From sequence record AP018399.1: a stretch of 64,000 nucleotides of DNA; one strand, given 5' to 3'. The notes under the pieces are model-generated. The model had not been told where the DNA came from, did not search any database, and saw nothing but the letters and a program-made list of their open reading frames with translations. Positions 44,709 to 52,320 of the stretch are shown in pieces; position 1 is the first letter of the stretch, and each line of letters starts with the position of its first letter. The translations under genes and the position numbers were made by a program.

Positions 44709-44980
44709 AAATCGTCTACACTCCACAGTGTAATTTCGTCGTCATCCCCACTGTTAGGTTTTGCAGGGTCAACGAGCGTCAATGTAATTTTGTAGCCTCG
44801 CTCATCGCGATATCCGTTGGGCATGGTCGGGGAGAATTCAACTTTCACCTTCGACACAAGGTTCGGCCCTTCGGGGTTCAGAGCAACCGTATTTTTGTAC
44901 TTGTACCGCAGTTCGATACGTTGGTTCAGGTACTTCTTTTCGATTGCCTGCTTGACTACCTTGGCTATTTCGTCTCGCAT
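44705..44980 (-). CDS. hypothetical protein
   Basis: AGGAG RBS, ATGA overlap. Confidence 0.7.
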   Translation of the reverse strand: MRDEIAKVVKQAIEKKYLNQRIELRYKYKNTVALNPEGPNLVSKVKVEFSPTMPNGYRDERGYKITLTLVDPAKPNSGDDDEITLWSVDDL

Positions 44981-45495
44981 AACTTGCTCCTGTAGATAGT
45001 CATCTTTGCCTTCCCGACCTTCTTCCGGTATTCCAGTTCCAAGAACGGGAAGTCCAGAAGGTGGGAGTTGGGTCGGATGACGACCAGCCTATTTGTTTGA
45101 GCCGCCACGTTCCAAAAGAAATTGTGACGGTACGATTCGGGAATGATATCCACCATGTAGGAACAGATGACCGTATCGAAATGTTCGTCGGTCGGCAGTC
45201 CCTTCATGGCAACGTCTTCGAAGCTGGCTTCGTAACAGAGGAAGCCGGTTTCGTCCCGGTAGCGCTGGGCCATGTACTTATCCAATCCAGTTAGATAGTA
45301 CGGGCCTCGCTGCTTGAGAATCTTGGTTATCAGACCATCGCCACAGCCAAGGTCAAGAATGCTTTCACCGCTCTGGAAGGAGCAAAAGTTTAAGCACTGC
45401 TCAACGTACAAAGCATGAGGGTTGGCGTACTCCTGAGAATGATTCTCATAGAACTTGCCAACCCCTTCGCTTCGATAGCCGTCCGATATGCCCAT
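44965..45495 (-). CDS. class I SAM-dependent methyltransferase
   Basis: ILDLGCGDG, GLD, FDTVICSY; TTGACA-17-TATAAT at 45503-45531. Confidence 0.85.
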   Translation of the reverse strand: MGISDGYRSEGVGKFYENHSQEYANPHALYVEQCLNFCSFQSGESILDLGCGDGLITKILKQRGPYYLTGLDKYMAQRYRDETGFLCYEASFEDVAMKGLPTDEHFDTVICSYMVDIIPESYRHNFFWNVAAQTNRLVVIRPNSHLLDFPFLELEYRKKVGKAKMTIYRSKLCETK

Positions 45496-45527
45496 TGTTT
45501 TAATTATAGGGCATCCGGTTCAGTTTG

Positions 45528-46118
45528 TCAACGATGTAGTGCTTCGCGTGCCCAACTTTCGCCATTGGAGTTGAGGTAGTCAACTCGGCCGGAGACGGTG
45601 ATGTTGGTACGGGACGTGATTTCGATGGCCTTGACCAGCGCTTCACGGACGCCTAGGTGGGAGACTAGGCCAAACTCAAGCATGGTTTCAAACGCCGTGT
45701 TCGAAGCGATGAAACCGGAACCGCATGAATCGAAGTTGCGTGGACGTTCGAACACTGAGAAGTCGTCCTGTAGCGCAAACAGCTTACCGCGATAGATGAT
45801 TAGGAATGTACCACCATCCTTGTCTTCCTTGGTCATGTAGTTGCCTTCCACGAATGCCTTGCGAATGGCTGGAACTACTTGCTTTACCATGTACTGATAG
45901 TCGGTTAGACCATCATTGCGTTCCGGAGCCGTAAAAACGTGTTCCAGAATTTGTCCCATGCGGAACGAGGATGTGTAGCCAATCAGCATTTCACCGTTAC
46001 GGAACACCTTGGCGTGAACATTGTCCACGCGGTAGTGTCCGTCAACTGATGTTCCTGCTGTATCGCCAGCCATGTGGCCGACGCCCTTCTCATCAATGTA
46101 ACCAATAATACAAGTCAT
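45528..46118 (-). CDS. HslV/proteasome-beta-like Ntn hydrolase
   Basis: MTCIIG (N-terminal Thr), AGD, K, GxTxSFRxGQ, GSG. Confidence 0.7.
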   Translation of the reverse strand: MTCIIGYIDEKGVGHMAGDTAGTSVDGHYRVDNVHAKVFRNGEMLIGYTSSFRMGQILEHVFTAPERNDGLTDYQYMVKQVVPAIRKAFVEGNYMTKEDKDGGTFLIIYRGKLFALQDDFSVFERPRNFDSCGSGFIASNTAFETMLEFGLVSHLGVREALVKAIEITSRTNITVSGRVDYLNSNGESWAREALHR

Positions 46119-46167
46119 TTATCACCTTTTGAACTTATGCGTATTCTACATAAGTTCGGTGACAAAA

Positions 46168-46902
46168 TCAATCCTTATTCAAGTCGATTACGACCAATTC
46201 GACGCCAGCTTCCGCAAACATTTCCTTGGACAGTTCAACCGAATCCTTCCAGCGGCTTAGGAAGTCCGCGTTCGGCTCCTGTACCACGACCTTCTTGATA
46301 CCAGCGCCAATCATCAGGCCAGCGCAAGTGCTGCAAGGGAAGTGCGTCACGGCCATCGTGGTCCCTTCCGTGGAGATACCCAGCTTGGAACAGGTTGCGA
46401 TAGCATTGGCTTCCGCGTGCTGCACCAGTTTGTACTTGAGTTCTCGGTTGTTCAAGCGTTCGTATGTGTCTTCGATGCCCGGTGGGAAACCGTTGTACGA
46501 AGCTGCAATCGGATACTTGCCACGGAAGATGGTAGCCGACACCTTGGTTGAAGGGTCTTTGCTCCACGTATTGATTTCTCCCGCAGCCATCTTGAGAAAG
46601 CGACGGTCCCAATCAATCTCCGGTGGAAATTCCTTGGCAATGAATCCGTTGAGACGGTCGATAAACTCTTCATTCTCTCCCACACAATCCACATCAAATG
46701 GGAATTCGCTGTAGTCGTCAATGATTAGCTTGGCATCGTCAGGCGTTACCAGCTTCAACGAACGGTGGTCCGAAGGCTCTGGTCGGCCAACATACTTAAC
46801 TTTGGTGATATCCACCTTGTAGTAGTCTGGACGCTTGGCTTCCAGTGCAACAGCCGCTTCCATAATCTGTAGGAAGGGAGCGTTGTAGGGCAATGGCTTC
46901 AT
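46168..46902 (-). CDS. dCMP deaminase with N-terminal extension
   Basis: SKDPSTKV, YNGFP, HAEANAI, PCSTC; ATG 46902. Confidence 0.9.
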   Translation of the reverse strand: MKPLPYNAPFLQIMEAAVALEAKRPDYYKVDITKVKYVGRPEPSDHRSLKLVTPDDAKLIIDDYSEFPFDVDCVGENEEFIDRLNGFIAKEFPPEIDWDRRFLKMAAGEINTWSKDPSTKVSATIFRGKYPIAASYNGFPPGIEDTYERLNNRELKYKLVQHAEANAIATCSKLGISTEGTTMAVTHFPCSTCAGLMIGAGIKKVVVQEPNADFLSRWKDSVELSKEMFAEAGVELVVIDLNKD

Positions 46903-47249
46903 TAGGATACGGCCTGCTCGCCCGGTGAATCCGTAGAGCATTCGCCAGTGTAGACCGGTTCACGGACGTGTGGCGGAACTGCCTTCTCGGTGACCTTCCA
47001 TGTACGGTTCTGTAGTTCTGGGATTGCTGCACGCTGTTCCTTGGCCTTCGCCAAAATGTATTCCAGCGCGTCAATAACGTTGTCGTCCAGCCACATTTTG
47101 GTTTCGTGCGGCAGGCCGAAGGCATGGAGCGACGTGGTTAGGTACTGCACAGAGTAGTCGTCTGCGACTTTCTCGACTTCTACCCCGATGGTGAAGCCGC
47201 TGTTCCCCGTATGTACGTAAGAACTGTATCTGGTGTTTACTTCTGACAT
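46902..47249 (-). CDS. hypothetical protein
   Basis: GGAG RBS before ATG 47249 (track start 47549 is a shadow extension). Confidence 0.7.
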   Translation of the reverse strand: MSEVNTRYSSYVHTGNSGFTIGVEVEKVADDYSVQYLTTSLHAFGLPHETKMWLDDNVIDALEYILAKAKEQRAAIPELQNRTWKVTEKAVPPHVREPVYTGECSTDSPGEQAVS

Positions 47250-47259
47250 TTGATGCTCC

Positions 47260-47290
47260 AAAAAGAAAGGGAGGCTATGAGCCTCCCTTT
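47260..47290 (-). terminator. intrinsic terminator after nadV
   Basis: AAAGGGAGGCT-cat-AGCCTCCCTTT plus T tract. Confidence 0.85.
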
Positions 47291-47316
47291 CAATATACAT
47301 CAGGTTGTTATAACTA

Positions 47317-48729
47317 TCAAGCGAAGCTTGCGTCCACGCGGGCACGAACTTCGGCAAGGGTCGGAACGTTGAACAGTTCGCCGTTGCGGTAGACAACCTG
47401 CAACACTTCTTCCTGTTCGTCCGTCTTGTCGGCGATGCGGATGGTCTTGTACTCGCCGTTCTCACGAACCAGAGTGATGCGACCGCGCTTCGAATTCTTC
47501 TTGGCGTCCGTCTTCGGCTGCTTGAACACGTCGATTTCGCGACCATCAACCGTAGTCGAACTGCACTTCATCGCCGCCTGTAGCGTATCGCGGTCGATAT
47601 CGGCCTGTAGCAGCTTGCCGCCCATGCCGAACACGATGTTGGTTGCGCTAATCTTGCGAGCTTCCAGATTCGCAAGAATCTGGTGGATGCTGCGCTCATT
47701 CACACCATCGCCCTGAATCACACGGACATACGGAGGAAGAACCTTGTAGCCCTTGCTGTTAACGGTGACTTCATCAGCCAGACCTTCCATCAGCATTTCA
47801 ATTACTTCAACCGGAACCTTGGTCGGGTCGCCACTGTCCGGACGGAGAACCACGCGGGCACCCGAAGCCTTGACCTTGGCAAGCAGACCACCTTCCAACC
47901 AAATGTTCTTGACTGCGCCGTAGGTATCGTAGCTGTCGATGACGCAAGCGAAGATTCCATTCTTGGCGTAGGTGTTAATCATGTTGTCGAACGAATCCTT
48001 CTCGCCATCAACTTCCCACGAGGTCACAGTGCTGTGTTCCATCGCTGGAATCGAAAAGCCAGCCATCGGCTCGCTGTAGTAGCGACGTGCGGCCAGAATG
48101 CCCGGAACGTTGTCGGTACCCTTGAAGACGGCCAGATGAGCCAGACCACCAATCGCAGCCGATTCGGTGCTGCTGACGCCACGGAAACCGAAGTCGTTCA
48201 GCATGAAGCCGATATCAGCTTCCGGAGTATCCGAAGTCAGGTTCAGGTAGTGCGTGCAGATTTCGCGGATGGTGTACGAAATGGTACCCACAGTCGCCGG
48301 ATACCACACGGCCGGAAGGATGACGGTTTCCATGAAGCTGGTCAGCCAGTAGCATTCCGGGTCAGTGTTCTCGACAGTGACGAGAGCGTTCTGAATCGGG
48401 ATGACCAGACCTTCCGGAGCGGCCTTGATTTCCAGCGGCAGGTAGCCGTTGTGCTTGTCCAGAATGTAATCCCAGCCAGCGCGATTGAACGGCTCGCCAT
48501 GCGCAGTGATGATGGCTTCCATTTCGTCAACCATTTCGACGGTGACGGGCTTGGACAGGATGTTCTGTAGAATGATGGTGAAACCGACGTTCAACGTCTT
48601 GGTGAACTTGTCGCTTCCACGGAATTCGACGTAAGAGAAGATGCTTTCGGTGCCCGGACGGTACTGCGCGAACTGGCTGTACTTGTAGCTGTCGGCGAGC
48701 AAAGCTGTGAGAAAAATGTTGTTGTTCAT
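47317..48729 (-). CDS. nadV: nicotinamide phosphoribosyltransferase
   Basis: ADSYKxSQ, DFGxRG, GTD, EHS, DSYD, RPDSG, QGDG, FGMGG, KSxRG. Confidence 0.93.
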   Translation of the reverse strand: MNNNIFLTALLADSYKYSQFAQYRPGTESIFSYVEFRGSDKFTKTLNVGFTIILQNILSKPVTVEMVDEMEAIITAHGEPFNRAGWDYILDKHNGYLPLEIKAAPEGLVIPIQNALVTVENTDPECYWLTSFMETVILPAVWYPATVGTISYTIREICTHYLNLTSDTPEADIGFMLNDFGFRGVSSTESAAIGGLAHLAVFKGTDNVPGILAARRYYSEPMAGFSIPAMEHSTVTSWEVDGEKDSFDNMINTYAKNGIFACVIDSYDTYGAVKNIWLEGGLLAKVKASGARVVLRPDSGDPTKVPVEVIEMLMEGLADEVTVNSKGYKVLPPYVRVIQGDGVNERSIHQILANLEARKISATNIVFGMGGKLLQADIDRDTLQAAMKCSSTTVDGREIDVFKQPKTDAKKNSKRGRITLVRENGEYKTIRIADKTDEQEEVLQVVYRNGELFNVPTLAEVRARVDASFA

Positions 48730-48786
48730 ACTGTATAACTCCTATATCAGTCTGTATGTTTTAAGTTGTGTGTTGCTATGGGGGAT

Positions 48787-48815
48787 ATTATAGGTATCCC
48801 GTCCTCTAATGTCAA
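48787..48815 (-). promoter_or_regulatory. sigma70 consensus promoter
   Basis: TTGACA-17-TATAAT. Confidence 0.85.
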
Positions 48816-48871
48816 GACCTATTCATCATGGGACTCCCCCGAACAGGTCTTACATCCTTATTTAGTGCTGG

Positions 48872-49369
48872 TCACTTCAACCTGTTCAGCAAACGCTTGA
48901 AGAAACCGTTAGCTGACTTGTAGACCCACACGTCCAGCCATTCCTTACCGTCGTGGCTGATATCCACGAAGTCGTGAGTGAAGCCATTGGCTTCAAGAAC
49001 CTTCTGTGAAGCGACATTGTTCTTACGAACATGGGCTTCAACGAAATGGTTCTTGGGGACGGTCAACAGAATTTGTTTGACTGCCTGAGTCATGATGCCC
49101 TGACGACGAACGTCATGGGCCAGCCAGTAGCCGATTGATTGGAAACGATGCTGTTCCTTGCGCAGCGTAATCATGCCGACAATACGACCATCCAGCAGGA
49201 TTACTTTAAGTGTTTCCGTTGACGGAACACTGGCAAGGAACTTTTCGGTAGACACTCGCGTCGCCGACTTGGCCCAGACCAAATTCGTCAGGTGTTCGCG
49301 ATTGGCGTCGATGACTGCGTACAGTTCATCACGGTCACTTACTGCGGCGGTACGGAGCGTAATGTTCAT
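48872..49369 (-). CDS. GNAT (RimJ/RimL-like) acetyltransferase
   Basis: IGYWLxxxxRRQGIMT, NVASQKVLEANGF. Confidence 0.88.
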   Translation of the reverse strand: MNITLRTAAVSDRDELYAVIDANREHLTNLVWAKSATRVSTEKFLASVPSTETLKVILLDGRIVGMITLRKEQHRFQSIGYWLAHDVRRQGIMTQAVKQILLTVPKNHFVEAHVRKNNVASQKVLEANGFTHDFVDISHDGKEWLDVWVYKSANGFFKRLLNRLK

Positions 49370-49980
49370 CAGACCTTCTCGGCGTGCTTACGGAATTCGC
49401 TCATCAGCGCGTTGTGACGCGGCTGATACTCTTCCTTCAATTCATCCCACGTTGCGTCGTGGCGGTCACGCAGTTCATCCCAAATGGAATTTGCTGCGGC
49501 GAAGTCAACCACCTTGCCGTGTTCGGCAATCTGGATACCGAACATCGGGATGCGGAACGAATGGAACAGGCTCTTGATGCCAATGTAGTATTCGTTCTCT
49601 TCGACGGTAAGCTTCTTCTTGCACTTGACCCAACTGTTGCTCGCCTTCGAACTGATTTCCTTGCGCAGCGAAGGCTTGTCCAAGATGAACTTGAACTGGT
49701 CCAGCGGCATCAGGGAATGACATTCGACGGCGAAAATCTTGTGGTCAAACAAATGACGCTGCCATGAGTCGGCATGGTAGGTGTGGACCGACAAATCCTT
49801 GGTACGACTGTCGTACTGCTGGGCATCATTGCTGGACGCACCATCGTGAACCACGATGAAATCGTAGTCACTCTGCGGACCAGCCGTACCATAGACGCGG
49901 CTACCGTATGGGTATACGGCCACGATTTCCTTTTCGGACAGGCCGGACAGGTCAAGAATGCGGGAAATAGGCGGTTGCAT
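49369..49980 (-). CDS. Pol-beta-superfamily nucleotidyltransferase with helical C-terminal domain
   Basis: YGSRVYG, SDYDF; C-terminal KSLFHSFR. Confidence 0.8.
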   Translation of the reverse strand: MQPPISRILDLSGLSEKEIVAVYPYGSRVYGTAGPQSDYDFIVVHDGASSNDAQQYDSRTKDLSVHTYHADSWQRHLFDHKIFAVECHSLMPLDQFKFILDKPSLRKEISSKASNSWVKCKKKLTVEENEYYIGIKSLFHSFRIPMFGIQIAEHGKVVDFAAANSIWDELRDRHDATWDELKEEYQPRHNALMSEFRKHAEKV

Positions 49981-49982
49981 AA

Positions 49983-50189
49983 TCAGGAGTAAGAGCGTTC
50001 TGCGTCAGAAATGTTTTCGTCAATGCGCTTGCGAAGCTTTTCAGCTTGGCGGTGTAGGTCTTCACGATTAGATTCTTCCCAGCGATTGTCGCCAGTACCT
50101 TCAAGAGCCATCACGCAGTCATGCAGCGCGATATACTTCTTGCATTCTTTTACAATCTCGTCGTGGTCACCCGGTCGTAGAAGTGCCAT
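49983..50189 (-). CDS. hypothetical protein
   Basis: AGGA RBS; TTGACA-16-TATAAT at 50219-50246. Confidence 0.7.
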   Translation of the reverse strand: MALLRPGDHDEIVKECKKYIALHDCVMALEGTGDNRWEESNREDLHRQAEKLRKRIDENISDAERSYS

Positions 50190-50287
50190 GTTCAGGTTCC
50201 TTGTTGTCTTCGGCCTTAATTATATCATCTTCCACGGGATTGTCAACTGCCTTAACAGAATCCATCCAATGGGTGGCTTCGAATTGT

Positions 50288-50845
50288 TTAAGAAAGTCCT
50301 TCATACTTGTTTCGTTCCTCATTCAAATCCGCAGGCTTGTACGTGTCATCAAAGACACCGCGTTCAATACGGTAGACTTCACCAGCAATGGCCTCTTCCG
50401 GGTCCGTGACCGGACAGGCTAGAAAGTCACCTTCCTTGCATAGCATGTCTTCATCCCAACTGGCTCTGAACTTGAAGGTCGGACCCTTGTATTCGTAGGC
50501 ATAGATTAGACCCTTCGCCTTGTAGTCTTGGAATTCGTCAGTCAGTTCCTTGTCCACTTCGTAGCGGTCATTGAACTTCTTGGTTGAAACGACATACATT
50601 TCGCCCTTCGGACCCTTGATGACGACTTCACCATCCTTCACGGTCTTCTCGGTTTCCTTCTCTCCGTCAATCTCGGTGACAACGTGTTCACCGGGCTTGC
50701 CGTTTCTGGCCTTGAATGTTCCGGACTTCTTGTACAGCTTCACGTCTTCATCGTGAGCGGCCAGCTTCTTGTTCATTTCACCAATCATGGTGTCCTGTGA
50801 CTTTACCGGTCTGGTACCTTCGGTGATAATGTCATGGAGTTTCAT
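50288..50845 (-). CDS. PGDYG-like protein
   Basis: YKK..AR..GE...G...V..GPKGExY...KFxxRYE; SW..GDFL..YRIERxxFxxTY. Confidence 0.6.
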   Translation of the reverse strand: MKLHDIITEGTRPVKSQDTMIGEMNKKLAAHDEDVKLYKKSGTFKARNGKPGEHVVTEIDGEKETEKTVKDGEVVIKGPKGEMYVVSTKKFNDRYEVDKELTDEFQDYKAKGLIYAYEYKGPTFKFRASWDEDMLCKEGDFLACPVTDPEEAIAGEVYRIERGVFDDTYKPADLNEERNKYEGLS

Positions 50846-51012
50846 TAGTCTAGAATCCCTGAAATGATATCACCAGCCAAATCGACAATGCTGTCAATGA
50901 TGATGAAATCTGCGGCAGCATCGGCGACTTCACCAACAACGCTACCAGCGGTTGTCTTGCTTGCAGCTTCTTGCTGCTTCCTTTTCTTTTCGGCTTCAAC
51001 TTGTGCGTTCAT
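50845..51012 (-). CDS. small hypothetical protein
   Basis: ATG 51012; TAATG-coupled downstream. Confidence 0.55.
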   Translation of the reverse strand: MNAQVEAEKKRKQQEAASKTTAGSVVGEVADAAADFIIIDSIVDLAGDIISGILD

Positions 51013-51583
51013 CTTCTTTCCTAATTGCGTCACGGACGCGCATCAAACATTTGCCGAGTAGGTTCTGCCCCTTCCAGTTGTTCGGGTCCAGAATCGCCGG
51101 ATGCTTATCGACACCCATTGCGATACCCCATACCTTGTCGTAAGGCGATGCCTCAACAATGGTGCGGTCGCCAGTGTCCAGAAGAATCTTCTTGAGTTCG
51201 GCATCCTGCGTGAACTTCTGGTAGAGAATCTTGTCTACTACCCACTCGCGTTCGGCGACCCACTCTTCTTCGTTGTAGTTACGAACGCCACGGCCTAGCG
51301 CCTTCTGTTCACCCGGCTTCTTCGACTTGAGAATCTTGTCGGCAGCTTCATGGTCACCAAACAGACGAGCCTTGCAGAACATCATAGCCTGCTCGGAACA
51401 GTTGAACTCGTGGCGCTTACGAAGTTCACCTTCGTTGTAGCCCATCGTGAACTTGGCCGGATGCCAGTTGGAGAACGGACCAGCCCAGAAGAACACGTAG
51501 TCGTCCGTGGCAAAATGGCCCGGAACTGACTGGTCGTAGATATGCCGTAGGTCGGCGAATTCAAGTGCAGCGTGCTTGCTCAT
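50996..51583 (-). CDS. NADAR (YbiA-like) ADP-ribosyl/N-glycosidase
   Basis: FSNW, SEQxMMxxKAxLFGD, KALGR, KFxQ, LLxTG, EASPYDxxWGI, GQNLLG. Confidence 0.92.
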   Translation of the reverse strand: MSKHAALEFADLRHIYDQSVPGHFATDDYVFFWAGPFSNWHPAKFTMGYNEGELRKRHEFNCSEQAMMFCKARLFGDHEAADKILKSKKPGEQKALGRGVRNYNEEEWVAEREWVVDKILYQKFTQDAELKKILLDTGDRTIVEASPYDKVWGIAMGVDKHPAILDPNNWKGQNLLGKCLMRVRDAIRKEDERTS

Positions 51584-51987
51584 TTTCCATGCCATAGGTA
51601 TGCGGGAGTGACCGCGATAATGCTTCCGGAGTGTCCACCGACGTGTCCCCAACCACCGACGTATGCACGCCATCCAAGCGAGTTGCTACCATCATGGTCT
51701 TCATCACGGAACCAGCCTTCCAGTTCGACGGTCTTTGCGTCGTCGGAAGACGTGAGCCATTGCCATGCAAGGTCAGCCGCAGCTTCGGCTTCCAGCGGAA
51801 CCGGTAGAGCATTGGCTTTGGCAGGGTCAGAGACGTACCAATGCAGCACCAGACCGTTCTTCTTGTCGAACGTCCAATACTTTGCTTTGGTGTTGCGGCC
51901 TTCTTGGGCGAAAGCCAGCTTGAACGCCATACGCAGTTGTTCTTGCGTCTCGCCGTTCATATCAAATACGCGATTGTCGAAGCTCAT
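51580..51987 (-). CDS. hypothetical protein
   Basis: AAGGA RBS, ATGA overlap with NADAR. Confidence 0.75.
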   Translation of the reverse strand: MSFDNRVFDMNGETQEQLRMAFKLAFAQEGRNTKAKYWTFDKKNGLVLHWYVSDPAKANALPVPLEAEAAADLAWQWLTSSDDAKTVELEGWFRDEDHDGSNSLGWRAYVGGWGHVGGHSGSIIAVTPAYLWHGK

Positions 51988-52044
51988 AATGTTCCTTTAA
52001 GTGTCCTATAATAACAAAGGCTCGCCAAAATGGCAAGCCCTTGT

Positions 52045-52311
52045 TCATTTTTCAAAGTTCATCTTGGCTGTGTAGTACGGTGTCCAAGACTCAAAGTTTT
52101 CTTTGTCAAATGGTATCGGTTGGAAGTTCGGAACTTCCTGATACTTGGCAACGAACTCCTGAATTTCTTCAAGATTGGTGAACCACAAGCGACACTTAAT
52201 CCATTTCCAGTTAATGTCCCCTTGCGGATTTCGCCAATTCTTGATGAAGCTCATCAGGAGCATCGGGCCATCACCGGGAGTGGCCCCGGTGTAGCCTAGT
52301 CCTATACTCAT
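52045..52311 (-). CDS. hypothetical protein
   Basis: 88 aa downstream of NMNAT-Nudix. Confidence 0.6.
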   Translation of the reverse strand: MSIGLGYTGATPGDGPMLLMSFIKNWRNPQGDINWKWIKCRLWFTNLEEIQEFVAKYQEVPNFQPIPFDKENFESWTPYYTAKMNFEK

Positions 52312-52320
52312 GTGAGTTCC

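Noticed and set aside
46902-47549. 215-aa version of the ORF overlapping nadV
   Set aside because: The N-terminal 100 aa overlap nadV and its terminator; the real start is at 47249 with a GGAG RBS.
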